Below, piece by piece: positions 1 through 12,732 of a stretch of DNA of 64,000 nt. The stretch lies in contig DF236984.1 of the NCBI GenBank assembly GCA_000708835.1, positions 124,001-188,000 of the forward strand, written 5' to 3'. The position numbers and the translations under genes are program-made. The notes below the pieces were generated by a model, which saw only the letters and a list, made by a program, of their open reading frames with translations, did not search any database and was not told where the DNA came from. Source of the DNA: Klebsormidium nitens. Its lineage: Eukaryota > Plantae > Klebsormidiophyceae. How positions within the stretch are numbered: position 1 is the stretch's first letter; every line of letters starts with the position of its first letter.

Positions 1-581
1 AGGCCCTCGGAGCTAGACTTAAAAGCATGCGGCTTGCGCCTCTGGCTGCGTTGCAAAAAAATCGAACATTGAACGCCCGGCCCGGTGGTGACTCGTACTC
101 GAATCCGTTTTCCAACAAGGATTGGACCAATGGGAGCGGGACGTTTGTTTTCCCTTCAACGAGGGACCGAACTAGAGCGAAAACACTTGAGAGAATTTCA
201 AGCATACCCACTTCAAACTGGAACCCATCCAAATCTCTTCCGGAAACCAGTTCCTTGGCGCGGTACTCGGAAAAGCCATTGTTGTGATTATGATATCACG
301 ACGCCGCAGCGCCGGGCGTCGAAGACCTGGCTAGAAGAGGAGGTCTCAGTAATTCCTGCGTGTATTCAGATTGGAACGTATGGCAAGCTCATTTACAAAA
401 TCACCTGCTTGCCGAGAGCGCCACGGGGCTTCAAGGACTATCGCTAATGTGTCCGGTGTGCAGTTTGCCAACATTGCAGCGCAAGCGCACGCCGCCTAAC
501 AAGCCGGAAGAATTCTGGAACCCGTGTCGATACTAGAACATCTGCTGAAGTCCGAGAAAACAGATCAATCCGCGTGCGCAC

Positions 582-3500
582 CTGCAGCGCCGCAGGGTTG
601 CTAGAGTCGAGCGTCGTGTTGGTCGTAGGGTCCAGAATACCGCAGCCCGGGAACGTTGCAGGCCCGCCAAAGTACGCGCAGAAGAAGCCCAGCATACGTG
701 GCCCCTGCCGGCTCGACGAGATGGTGTACTTGGTGATGCACGAGTCCGCTGTCCACGTGTCGATCGACCGCGCAATCGCCGTTGCCAGGTTTGAGTAACG
801 CTGCTGGTCGGTCGTCCCAAACTGGTTCCAGTAAAGCGTGGTGGCGTTTCCGTTCGCTGGGAGGTAGGGATTGTCCGCTAGCTGCGAGCATGCCAAAGGC
901 GTTGGTTCAGGTTGCGCGTTTCAGGATCAGCGTCCGAACGTGTGCAATGTCTGAGGTTGATCGCGGCCCAGATGGATGCTCGAATGTGAACAGACTCTAA
1001 AACGAGGTCGCAAACCTTTGCAAAATGCCGAAGCTTCAGGGAGATGTCGATGATGCTCTTCTTTGAACCGTTCTTGCTTGACCTGCATCTTGAACGTAGC
1101 ACAAGCTCGCAAAGCTGCCAGGAAGCTGATGCCAGCAGTGAGCAATACCTGCCAGTAGAAGCTACTGACTACTCAGAAGATAGGGTTTAAAGACTGCAAA
1201 ATACATTGCTAGAGCTAAAGCGCGGTCAGCTTCTTTACCTTGTGGGGCTGTGTGATACATGCGACATCAGATCCACGTGCAACTTCTCGTTCAGAATATA
1301 AGGTGCAAATACCATCTCTTTCATACGCCAACGGAAGAATTCTGTCAGTCTCCTGGCGTGTCCTGGAGACTCAAAATCTGTTTTGATGCCTCTTTCAACA
1401 TAGAGAAGCCACATTCAGGAAAGGCACTGAGAACGACGAACTAACCTGAGACAGGCGTCTACGACCGGGTGGTACTGCGGTAACGGTGAGTCCGCTCGTG
1501 TTGAGCTGACCTCCCGTCGGAGCCGGGGTTCCACGTGCGAGCGACGCGGCTTGGCTGGGGTTCGCAGCAAGGTACGCCGGATTGACTGCGACATGATCAA
1601 CAGCTTAAAGTCAGCCAGCATCGGATCCGTCAGACAAGACCAGGAAAACTATGCATAGCGCCTTCTCTTGCGGCTGAACTGAGAAAGGGATGAAGCCAGA
1701 GAATGTGGATGGGAGACAAAAGTCGCTTCTCGATTGTCCCTTTGAGGAGGGAGTATTTCAAGCGAACGGCTGACGAAGGTGGGCTGGCGGCGACGCTTGA
1801 GGGCCCTTGAACGCGTAGCTCTCTCGTCAACAAGCTCGCTTCCATAACCCCAAAGAAGTCTCAGTATGCTACACAGAAGATCAAAGCCAATCGAGCACCG
1901 CAAGAGTCTGCTACTCAAGAAAGTTGTTTTTGTCGGTCCCATGACCAGACCTCTACCCCTGATGCGGAGTCAAATACTTCTTCGACGGCACCTATGAAAT
2001 GTTGATCTTTCTGTGACGCGGCCAGTAAATTTCAGATTTGAGTGGAACAGTTTTGGTCCTCTCGAAACAAACACTAATCCTTTTTCTATATTAATCCGCA
2101 GTGGACATTGTCGATAATTGGCACTTCGCAATCAGCAAATGACAACAGGACAACATCCTCGATTCTAGCTGGTTCTATCTGCATAGTGCTGCAACACGAC
2201 CATTGATACGCAGTCTACGTGGCTTTCTTTGAGACTTCTCATGCTTGTAGTGGGAAAGTAACAAGGCAGCTCCCAAGTCGCAGAACGATCTTGATCCAAA
2301 CTTGTCGAAGGAAAAGGTGCCAGATTGATATGTGGCCAGAATGGTGTCTTACGGATGCACTTGCGGCCGGTGGTCGCCAAGAAGGATACGGTATCGTCTG
2401 ACGAGTTGGCCAGCTGCCCCACCTGTACAAAAATTGTTCGTTTCAGGCCGTCTTTCTCAAAAGGTTTCCAAAAATGTGTCTCTCGTTCAAGGAGAGCAAT
2501 CCAGGGAGTTTCTAAGGGCACAGTTTCGGAAAAGTCCGGCGGGCAGTGTTTCCAAGGGTTCTGAGGATTTTTTACCAACGCTACTGTGCCATCTCGCGAC
2601 CATTGCCCTGCTGTGCCTTTGGCGATCCTGAGTTCCAAAACGCTAACTTTTGATTAAAACGGGGACGTCCCCTCGAGGCTGCTTTCTAGGTGCATATCGG
2701 GCATGACCGCATGAAAGCCTGAAAGCTGCACTTGATTGGCTGCGGCTCTGCTTAGAAAGTTTCTTAGATTTCAGAACCAGAGCATGCCAGTGACGTCCTT
2801 TGCGGCCGCACCTTTAATGACAGATAGCTTAAGAACGGCCAAGGCTGTGACTCGCAGGATCGGGAGCAGAGGAGCTCAGAGAAAAAGATAAAGCGGATGC
2901 CACGGTGGCAAGGAAAAAAGAAAAAAGCAGGAGACGAAAGAGAGTCTGTAGGGGGAATGGACCGGGAACGGAGAATAGAGAGCAAGAAAAAATTCGGAGT
3001 AACATCGAGGGCCACCGACCTGGACGCAATTGAGGTTCGTGTACGGCTGCATTGAGGTGAAGTTGGAGTTGCACAGCGTGAAGCAGTCGACGAGGACGTC
3101 CGTCAGGCGTTCTGCCGGGATGCTGCTGCACGCGTCGACGATGCACTTGGCGTTCACCGCGCATTGCTGCAAAAAGGGGGACAGGATGACGTTAAAACGG
3201 CGTCAGCGAGTTGCTAAGATGCTGCAATGGCGTCAGCGAGCCTTGGCTTGCGCATGAAAGGTGCGCTTCGATTCACGGTGCATTGCTGCAAGAAGCGGAC
3301 GGAATGACGTCAAACGGGCATCAGCAAGCAGGGTTCCGGTTGTCGCACGCAATGTGGTACCGTTTGGATTCGTGCTTTATATTCAACTCATCGAGAACGG
3401 GAAAGGGCTTTCAGAATCTTTGGGACGCTTCCCCTGTTCCTACACGGATTAAAGACGGACCAAGAAGGGAAACGTTGTTCGAACTGCGAGACTATTCAGC

Positions 3501-6500
3501 ACCTCCATCCTCTTCTCTTTGATTTGCGTCCAAAAGTTGACAAAGAGGAAGAAGGCGAATGTATGCGCGGCTCACCCTGCGGCACAGCGTAAGCGCCGAT
3601 TGGTCTTCCGGCACGCAGGAGCCGAAGCGCGTCAAAGTCTCCTGGACATACTTCTCGGTGGATGCCCCTGAGACGCTGATGGTTGCTGCGCCGGACACTC
3701 CGCCGTTGGGAGCGGTGATTCGGAGCTCCCAGGTCCCGTTAGGCAGAGCCAGCGTCGTCTCGAAGAAGCCGGTCTGGGCCTGAAAGGGCTGATTCGTCTC
3801 AAACCTGCGCAGGGGCAGCAAAGGGTTAGGTTTGATACCTGCGATCGTTTGAGTCAATGTCCAACGACGTTTTGGAGTACCTAGATGAAAGTTACCTCCC
3901 TGGCAGACCAGTAAAGGGGAATCACTTATGAGAGGAAAAGTATGCAGCACAGGTTGCAATAAGAGCGCATCGAAAGCTTTCGGTTGGCAGTTGCAATCAC
4001 CTAAGCACTGGAAACTTGGTGTCGGTAACAAGGAGATTGTCAGTCGTGCACTATACCGCTACTGCACCCGAAGGACGGCACCTTAGTTAGTCGGGATCCG
4101 CAACTCCGCAACTTTGTAGGTGTAAAAGACAGCTTGTAACGATTCGGCATGCGAGCAGAATGGGAGAGATGGATATGCATTCATGCCCTCTTCTGCCAGG
4201 AAGTGCAAAACTCTGATTCCGTCATCCTTATCTCCATCTGTTTTCAGCAGCTAGCCTAGTTTTGCTGAATGCTCAGATTGTGGGACCTTACAGTTCAGAA
4301 CTGAGAGACGCTAGCTTGTAGTGAGGCTGAAACACTCTGTCACCAAGCGGAAGGAATCAAAATCCGACTTTCTGAGCAGCTACCAGATCCACCTCCATAA
4401 CTGGATACATTGACCAGATTCTACAAATCTTGACCTCCACAGACACTGCTACATTTCTGGACCCTGACACCAGCAAAGCAATGAGACCTGTCTGGAGCTA
4501 TGCCTGGGATCCAAAAGCTTGAATCCTTGAAACCCTTAAAACCTTTCAATCTTGCGAAGAGGCCCCAAAAGTCGACGAAAGAAATTCCGCAATTCATCCA
4601 GAACGTCCTCTTACCAGCAGAGGCGATCAGGCTCGATCTCGCAAACGTTCCAGTCGGAAATCGCCAGATCATCAGGGGATCCAAACGTCGTCGTGAACTG
4701 GAATGACACGTCTTCTGTGTCCATATCGCCGCAGTCAATAGAGCAGCCGAAGCGGCCAAAGCCGCTGAACTCCACGGGCCGGTCACAGACGCCGTCCCCG
4801 CATATAGGGTCGGCCCAAACGGTCTGGATGAAGGTGTTGTTGATGTAATCATAGACGTCGTTCGCGTTTCCGAACGTGGTCACTCTGTCGCCCCCATCCT
4901 ACATGGAAAAATGAGCGCCTCGTTTTGCAATCTGAGAATAAGTGTGCAGGGTTTCCTTTCTTTCGTGGTCTCTCATTGTTTGGGCCTGTGTAAGCCGACT
5001 CGCGCAGCCGTCCGCATCTGTCTGAGAACAGGAGTCTGTCCGTAAAGTGCTTCTGAACATGAGATTCTTCATCGCCGCTTTGTCTTTACACGCCAAATCT
5101 GCTTGCACCATGTTCGAGCTGCAGGAGATCAGACTCAGACGGATCAAACCCTAAGACGTTGACGTTGAGAAGGTGGTCACACTGCTGCGTGCACCCTGCA
5201 GGAGGAGTGTCTAGTGACAGGGGCACTTCTTCTGCTTTCAGGGCGAGCACCGAAATCTCGTGCTAGCTGACTGACTCTGTTCGCCTCTCCTGAAAGAACA
5301 CAATTTCGTCTCATTGATTGTCAGGAAGATGCCTGTTGAAGTACAGTGCACGATCCACACCTGGGCAAAGAAGGATCTTGTCGGGTGTTCCTTACTCGTC
5401 TATTCTGACATGCACTGCGTTCAAAAGCTAGACGGAATCGATCTGTTCAAGGGGTTCTTGGATAGTGGGTTCTTGACGAACCTGGTCAAGGTGCTTCCCG
5501 CAAAAGGACAATGGATAACAGCGCAAGGGCTTAGATGATGGGACAGAGGGGATCACTCAAGCAGAAGACATGGCCCCGCTCAAGAAGCCAGGTCAAGAAC
5601 CCGATGCTTTGGAATGCCAAGTCCGGATGTCAGCTTGAGAGAATTTCCAGCCGATGAAAACATAAACGGTGGTCAAGACAGCACATTCGCATTTTGACTG
5701 AGAGGATAGGGGTTAGCATGAGAAGGGTTTTGGAGGGGGGCGGAGAGGAAACTCAAAAGGAGGAGCCAGGTTGAGGAAAGAACATGAGAAAAGCCACCTA
5801 AGACAAATAGCCAAGGCCAGCCATGCAAACAGTTGAGCTGAGTTTACAGGCTCGACCATTGGCTCAAGGTGACCCGATCGAGATCTCAGAAGTTCGTCAA
5901 TTAGACGTTCGGATTGCACACAGAAGTCAGGTGAGCAGTATTTTTTCCACTTACAACAAACAGCTTGAGGTGACCTACAGATGCAGGTGAACGTCTTTCA
6001 AAGACAGCTTCAAAAGTCGTCCAAGGTGAATGAGATTGATTACAACACGGGGAGTGAAAGAAACAATGAAGCGCTTGAGCTGTTTTCACAAGATTGACCA
6101 ATGTCGAAGAGGATATCCAAGAATATGCTAAGCAGACCACGAAACTCGGGGTGGTGAGCAACAGAGAAGGTCACAGAAACAGGACAAAAAGCTGTGGGAG
6201 GATTCGTGGTACAGCTCAAGCAGAACTGAAAAGAAAAGAGGAATTAGCTGGAAACCTGAATTGCAAGAAGGTCAAGGACAAGGATGAGTTTTGACAGGAA
6301 CAGGTCAAGAAGATGGGGGGTAAGGGAGACCTACACCAGGCAGCAGGGCCTGCTGGGAGGTGACCAGCTTGTACAGCTCCGCCACGTTGAATTGGAGGTA
6401 CAGCACGGTGCAATAGAGCGCCGTGAAGATAAGGAATGCAAACAGGTTGCAGTAGTCTGTCTTGCGCGACTTGGTCTCTTTGACCGTCTCGTACAGCCGC

Positions 6501-8098
6501 CGCACCACCGTCCTGTCGTGCCTGGAAAAACAAACTACAGTTTGAGAAGTCGTTAATGATCTGACTGAACTCTTCACGGTGGACTGCCAGGGAAGTTCAG
6601 CACTCGTCCATGTTAGTCGATAATCCCGTTTGGTTCCCTATGACACCCCTGACCTCAATTTGTTGTTTAACGTGCAGCTTAAGGTCTCTTCGTTTGCATT
6701 ACTCCCTGAAGTGATTATGAGCATCTTCACCTCAACTTCAAAATTACAGATTAAACACGATTATTCCTTTGACAATTTGGTACTTGTCAGCACTGAGCTG
6801 TCAAAATTGCAGGTGCGCACTTTCAAGACCTCCTTTATGACAGAACTCTGCCTGTTACACCGCCTGCCATGACTGCCTTGATGCATCCACTTCTAACTTA
6901 CCATGTCCTGCTCTCCAGCAAAGTGACTGGAGCTACAATATCTCTAAACTTCGAAGGATACCTACAACCATGGTTAACTGTTTGCTATACACACTCAAGA
7001 TGTGGCCTATCTCAAGATACTCTCCGAAGCCTTTGATGCTACAAACCCTTTCGAAAGCCAATCCAAAGCCTTCTACTAATAGCAGTCTAGTTCTGCATAG
7101 TCCTCTCTCCTGAACATGTCAGAAAAGCTACAAGGATCCCCCTGACTATCTGCCTTTAGCCCTGCGGAAACAGTGTTCCCTGTGCCACATCATATACCAC
7201 TTGAGAACACAATTGCTCAGCTGCCAATGCAAAAGGGCAATAAAACAGTGACCACCATTTTTGCAAAAAATCACTTTCGAAGGATGTAACTTTGTTGATC
7301 GTTAAGCGTCTTACAGGTAGCGGAATAGGCACAGCCGACGTGTGTCAAGACCAAAGTGTCAAAACCAAAGGTGTGTCATCACCAAAGTCAATGCTAAGAA
7401 CTTCAGCGTTTTCGTCCGGACCGCCATTCACCAAAAAAACCAGAATATCAGGACGACGGGGAGGTCTGCTGGCGATGTGGGGGCTCATCTAGAAATCTCG
7501 AGCTCATCCAAGCATCTGTCGCTGAAGTTTGGTTGGAAATGAAGTCTCTAAATGCCACCACTGCCCAGCTAGCTTTCCATGCTCGCCCCTCCCCTTCCCG
7601 CAAATTCAGACCAATCAACGAACAGGCAGAAGAAAGGAAAACCTCAGGAGCAACCTTTGCTAGTTTGTTACACAAACAAAAAGGCGAAAGGACCTCAACA
7701 GACACTCAGGGCCTTTGCCAAAAACCTCGCAGTCCAAAGTATGTACTTGGCGCACGACATTGACAGAAGGAAAATGGAGAAAGAGGAGAAGTAGGAAACG
7801 GCAAGGAAACTGGTACTGCACAGATACAAAAGACTAGACAACCAACGTTGGGAAACTAGGAAAAGGAAGTAGGAGCATCTTACTCGTTCACAACGCTCAT
7901 GCCGTCCTCCAACCCCACTTTGCCATACGTGGCCCCATCCGGCGCATCAGCGAAACGTGCCTTCTGTTTGCGCTCTTTCGCCTTTGCTTGAGAGGGCTGG
8001 AAAGCGGGGTTGTTGAACGCTACCTTCTGGGGCTTCTTGCCAAGCTCTTCCGCCTCCTTTGCCTTGCGACGCTTGTTGAGGATGATCTGAACTGCCAT
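582..8098 (-). CDS. 5' part of a large multi-exon membrane protein resembling green-algal polycystin (PKD2-like) cation channel proteins; probably continues past the window start
   Basis: Phase-compatible GT-AG exons: 8098-7884 (MAVQIILNKRRK...), 6521-6335 (hydrophobic helix YCNLFAFLIFTALYCTVLYLQF), 4898-4615 (VWADPICGDGVCDRPVEFSGFGRFGCSIDCG), 3804-3576, 3166-~3020 (Cys-rich) and 881-582. Probable small exons near 1510-1585 and 1020-1150 were not resolved. The TM1 + TTF..W.DP.CGDG.C layout matches my recollection of algal polycystin-family proteins; the pore domain is not visible in the window. Confidence 0.55.
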
Positions 8099-8663
8099 AC
8101 TTAGGTCTGCCGAATATGGAGCTTATGTTGTAATTGGACTCAGGGAGAAGACAAAGTGCATCTCGTTCCAGAGAGCTTCAGTCGCTGCAGAGGATATCTG
8201 AGGTCCTCTACCCTTTGCTATGCTTCGCTGTTGCTTACTTCAGCAAGGATTTTAGCCGTCTAAGTTTTATGTCAACTTTCCGCCACTGGTGCGGGAAAGC
8301 AAACGACGAACACGCGTGGCCGCTCAATTTGCCATTCTGATGGACAACGTCCCGAAAGGTTCCCAGCGTCAAGAAGGATGCTCACCCCGATGCTCCCTCA
8401 GAAAGAAAAGCGCAATAGTATAAACTACCCAGTCACAATGTTTCCATGGTGACTGAGTGCTGGTCAAAATTTGCTCTGGGACAGACAATGACGTCGTCAC
8501 CGCGAAAATGGCAGCGCAGATTCGATCTTCTGCAATTACAAAGTACAATTACAAAGACTCAAAGTACAATCTAGATGGCGAATCAAAGAATCACGACCCC
8601 CAGACAAGGTCAGAATGGGGCATATGGCGTGGGCGCCAGCAGTGTTTGCGCATGCTAGGTCTA

Positions 8664-8740
8664 CCTACCGTATTGTCGTACCATATCTGTAAACCTGTTT
8701 TTGAGGAGAGCTGAGGAGGCTCCAGATTTGGTACGGTAGG
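8664..8740. repeat. Short imperfect inverted repeat (MITE-like remnant)
   Basis: cctaccgta(ttgtc)gtaccatatctg at 8664-8689 pairs with cagatttggtacggtagg at 8723-8740. Confidence 0.45.
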
Positions 8741-8768
8741 CACAAGGGATGGACACTGGAGTATGTAC

Positions 8769-8918
8769 TACCGTAGTCCAACGTGATGATTCCGAATAAA
8801 TAAATAATTATCTGCCTTCGGAAAGTCAGAAATCCGGATTTCCCATTCGGAAAGTGAAATTTCGGAAAGGTAAAATAACCCTGAAATGGTCCTCGGAAGC
8901 CGTCAAACCGCCAAAAGC
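8769..8918. mobile_element. Probable end of a non-autonomous DNA transposon (TA + CCGTAG terminus) running into an assembly gap
   Basis: ta|ccgtagtccaacg start followed by repeated (t)tcggaaag subterminal motifs at about 8817, 8847 and 8861, plus a variant at 8893; the other end is presumably inside the N gap. Confidence 0.35.
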
Positions 8919-9536
8919 NNNNNNNNNNNNNNNNNNNNNNNNNNNNNNNNNNNNNNNNNNNNNNNNNNNNNNNNNNNNNNNNNNNNNNNNNNNNNNNNNN
9001 NNNNNNNNNNNNNNNNNNNNNNNNNNNNNNNNNNNNNNNNNNNNNNNNNNNNNNNNNNNNNNNNNNNNNNNNNNNNNNNNNNNNNNNNNNNNNNNNNNNN
9101 NNNNNNNNNNNNNNNNNNNNNNNNNNNNNNNNNNNNNNNNNNNNNNNNNNNNNNNNNNNNNNNNNNNNNNNNNNNNNNNNNNNNNNNNNNNNNNNNNNNN
9201 NNNNNNNNNNNNNNNNNNNNNNNNNNNNNNNNNNNNNNNNNNNNNNNNNNNNNNNNNNNNNNNNNNNNNNNNNNNNNNNNNNNNNNNNNNNNNNNNNNNN
9301 NNNNNNNNNNNNNNNNNNNNNNNNNNNNNNNNNNNNNNNNNNNNNNNNNNNNNNNNNNNNNNNNNNNNNNNNNNNNNNNNNNNNNNNNNNNNNNNNNNNN
9401 NNNNNNNNNNNNNNNNNNNNNNNNNNNNNNNNNNNNNNNNNNNNNNNNNNNNNNNNNNNNNNNNNNNNNNNNNNNNNNNNNNNNNNNNNNNNNNNNNNNN
9501 NNNNNNNNNNNNNNNNNNNNNNNNNNNNNNNNNNNN
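8919..9536. other. Assembly gap (618 N)
   Basis: Run of n; the X-filled ORFs in the track are artefacts of it. Confidence 0.99.
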
Positions 9537-10238
9537 GACAGCATTGGAGTCCGGTTGTTCTCAGAACAGTTCCTGGTACCTACATGAACTCCTACAGCAG
9601 CGTAGTACAGCTACCGTACCTAGCTCCTAGATCCATGAGATTTAGGTACCAGAGACAGACTGGATCCGAGTCCTGAGTCCTGACCAGCAGAATGGGAGAC
9701 TCCAGCTTGGCCGGGTTCAGGAACCGTTGCGGAATGGGGCCAGCTGGCAGGACATAGCTTATTATCATCGAGGACTAGGTACTGCCCAAGCGCCCGGTCG
9801 GATCACCCGATCCCGTAATTTGCGATTCTGTTTTGATAGACCGGTAGCTACTAGCGAGTAATATATCTGCCGAGAATCGACGTACCTACCGGCTGAAAAA
9901 CCCTAGGTCCCTAACTCAAAAATGTCGGGGAATGCGATTAGGGAACAACCCTATGACCGTCAGTCTAACCGGACCCGTCCCCCGGGCTTGACCTAGTAAT
10001 ATTTATACGGCTCAACATCATAAAACTGAGACTTTTCTTCCGGGGAAAACCGGTAGAAGGTACTTCGCAGGTAGTAAGTGCGTAATGATGAGGCACGCTT
10101 TTTCACGAATTTGCCGTGGGAAAACTCAAAAGTACCGAGGTTTCGTACAGCAGGTTTGATTATTTGGTGAGCGTCTCAATTTTATGTTCGACAGTCGCTC
10201 ATTGCTCAAAGGCCATGTTGACTAAGGAGAGTGCCCGG

Positions 10239-10308
10239 GGGACGGGCAGGGTTGGTCCGGAGGTTAGGGTGGGTACGGGCGCGGAGCTTGTCATTTCCTG
10301 GTTTAGGC
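10239..10308 (+). repeat. Dispersed G-rich repeat, copy 1 (inverted copy at 51481-51559)
   Basis: gggacgggcagggttggtccggaggttagggtgggtacgggcgcggagcttgtcattt aligns ungapped at 45/58 identity (hand count) to the reverse complement of 51502-51559. Confidence 0.65.
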
Positions 10309-12732
10309 TATTAAATGCGCAGAGCGGTTACTGTAGGAAAAGCCAACTTCCAATCTTGAGATTACCTACCTAAGCTCTCAAGGTGGCTTGGACTCTTGAA
10401 CTGCAGCATCCGTAGTTTTTGTTTACGAGAAAACCAACCCGGCAAACCCAAGAGGGTTTTGTTTTATTGGTTTTGTTGGTGCCCCCGAGCACTATCCTTA
10501 GTCTACATATGTGAAATCGACAAGTACCGATGACTCATGAACAATGAGCATTGGCAATTTGGCATGCCTCGGACCTCCAAATTCCAGTGGCAATGGCAAC
10601 TTGCAACTCCTCGCGCCTGTTGCAAACCCGCTGTATTGAAGACTCTATCACGGTATGAATAATTGAAAGTACGGTCATGACGTAGGTACCTGCCTTGTAC
10701 CCTGTGACGTAGCTGCTTGCGAAAATGCTGATGTCATGATCAGGGTGAAGTTTTGATGGCGACACACAGTTGGCAGACTGGCGTAGTCTCAATGCCACGT
10801 AATCACATGCTGTCAGCCTTCGGATCGGACGGCGGGCCGGCCGCGGGCGCCAGACTCCAGAGTCACGTCATCCGATGATCCGATGAACGTAACCTGCCGC
10901 CAGCCCGTCCCGTCAGACACAGACATCAACCGTCCGCGGCGTCCATTGCATGGCAGAAGGGCCCGCCGTCCACACTGACTGCACTTGACTGCGAGGTTCA
11001 TACAAGTACTTACGGCTGGCACTTCGGAGTGTTGATTGCCCAGCGTTGAATGACCGGCGTCCTTGGCACTAAACGGATTCGCTGTATTTGAAAAATGTGG
11101 ACCATTGTTGTGAATGCTACCAGTGTTGTGAATGCTACGTTGAAGAGCAGGAGAGGCACTCGCAACCAATGTCTTAGTCCAGCAGATCAGAGACTGTTCA
11201 ACGATAACCGATCGACGAGACCTTAGCTCTGCTGCCAATCATTCTCGCTAGACTGATTGGCATAACACTTAATTTGTTACGGTACTATTTTCTGGTGCAA
11301 CGGGTCACACCGCCGAGTTGAGTGATCGAATATGCGCTCAGATGGCACTCGACAGCGGTCGAGCCATGGAGCCATGTAGCCTCTATAAAAAGATATCACA
11401 AGAGAATTGCATATGTGTGGGTTTTATATACATGTTGTCCGGTAACGTGCGGTACGGCGGCCGTTTCCCATGATCAAGTGAAACATGAATCGAACACACA
11501 CTCCAGTACAATCCGATCGGTCAAAAGCCCATCATTATTGTTGTAAGGATTGTAAGGACCGTGAACAGTCACATGGGCGATGCCACGTACTGCGAAGTAT
11601 GGTTGTTTTGCGAATTCAGCGGGGACTTTTTCAACCGTTTCAATTTAAGTTCAATTTAAGTTCGTCGGTGGGCAACATTATGCAATTACTAGTATCTTTA
11701 ATGACAATATGTTTGAGTGCGAAGATATGCGCACCCGGCCAGGTGAAGGCTGCCGGTTGTGTTCGATTCAAAAGAATGCATGGGTCTGGCTTCTAATTCT
11801 GGCTATGCATCAGTACCCCTTTGTATGGTGCCTGCACACGCAGCGTATCCATTGGAAACTTATAGTATATATGACCAGTTTCAAGTGTCAAAGCAAAGAG
11901 ACTTGACCCGTAAACCTTAGGTACACGACTGATCGAACAGCTTTTAGGTCGTGTACCTGAGATTCCGACGCGGGTCAAATCAAGTGCATAAAAATCGTTT
12001 CGCGGATGATTGACTAGGTATATGCAACTGTTGAATGTCTTGGAAACTGTTTGCTCGGACATGGAGATTGAAGATCATCCACATGTGTGACGTTCCCGTT
12101 TACTCGAAGCAAATCTTGACCATGCTTGAAGTCCGAAGAGGAGGTTCGTGCACGAAGAAACCATGCATTGCTTCTCCGGCTTGAGCGCTGCTCAATTCTT
12201 GTGCGGAACTCCAATCGCAAAATAACAGTGACTTGCTCCCCAGAGAACTGTACGAAATGTCGGCAGCGCAGATTTAAGCGTCCAACCGCGACTCTGCCCA
12301 ATGGAAAAGATTGATAGGAAGAAATGAAATGGGCAATCCGCACTTCCCGATTATGCTTCTTAGAAATCGGTTTTAGACAATCAGAAGAATCCACCATCCT
12401 GTATTTTCCTAGTTCTATGCACAACCTGCCATGCCTAAGCAGATTCCGTCCACTCCTTCGAAGTCAGTACTGGACAATATTCCTAGTTTGTAGCGTCCTC
12501 GACTAAGCCTTCAACTTGCTAATATGTACGTCGCCCTAACCGTCGATTACACTACCCATGTACTATGTGCAGTATTATGCGCTTATCGACCTACACAATC
12601 CTTCCAAACAAACGTACAGCCGTGTTGAACCCGCTTTCCGCCCATTTTGCCAGCCAAGTTCCAGGATAAACGACAAATCCTGCAACTGCAAACTCCAGCT
12701 GGCAAACTCTCACAAGTCCTCGCATTCCGCGC

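Noticed and set aside
2165-2638. 157-aa minus-strand ORF inside the polycystin-like gene
   Set aside because: No recognisable motifs or convincing splice sites; probably a chance intronic frame.
8854-9630. Long ORFs of 213-258 aa in the track
   Set aside because: They are mostly X residues from the N gap; the same applies to 16613-16914.
11104-11665. Micro tandem duplications (tgttgtgaatgctac twice; ttcaatttaag twice)
   Set aside because: Ordinary slippage products with no evidence of function.
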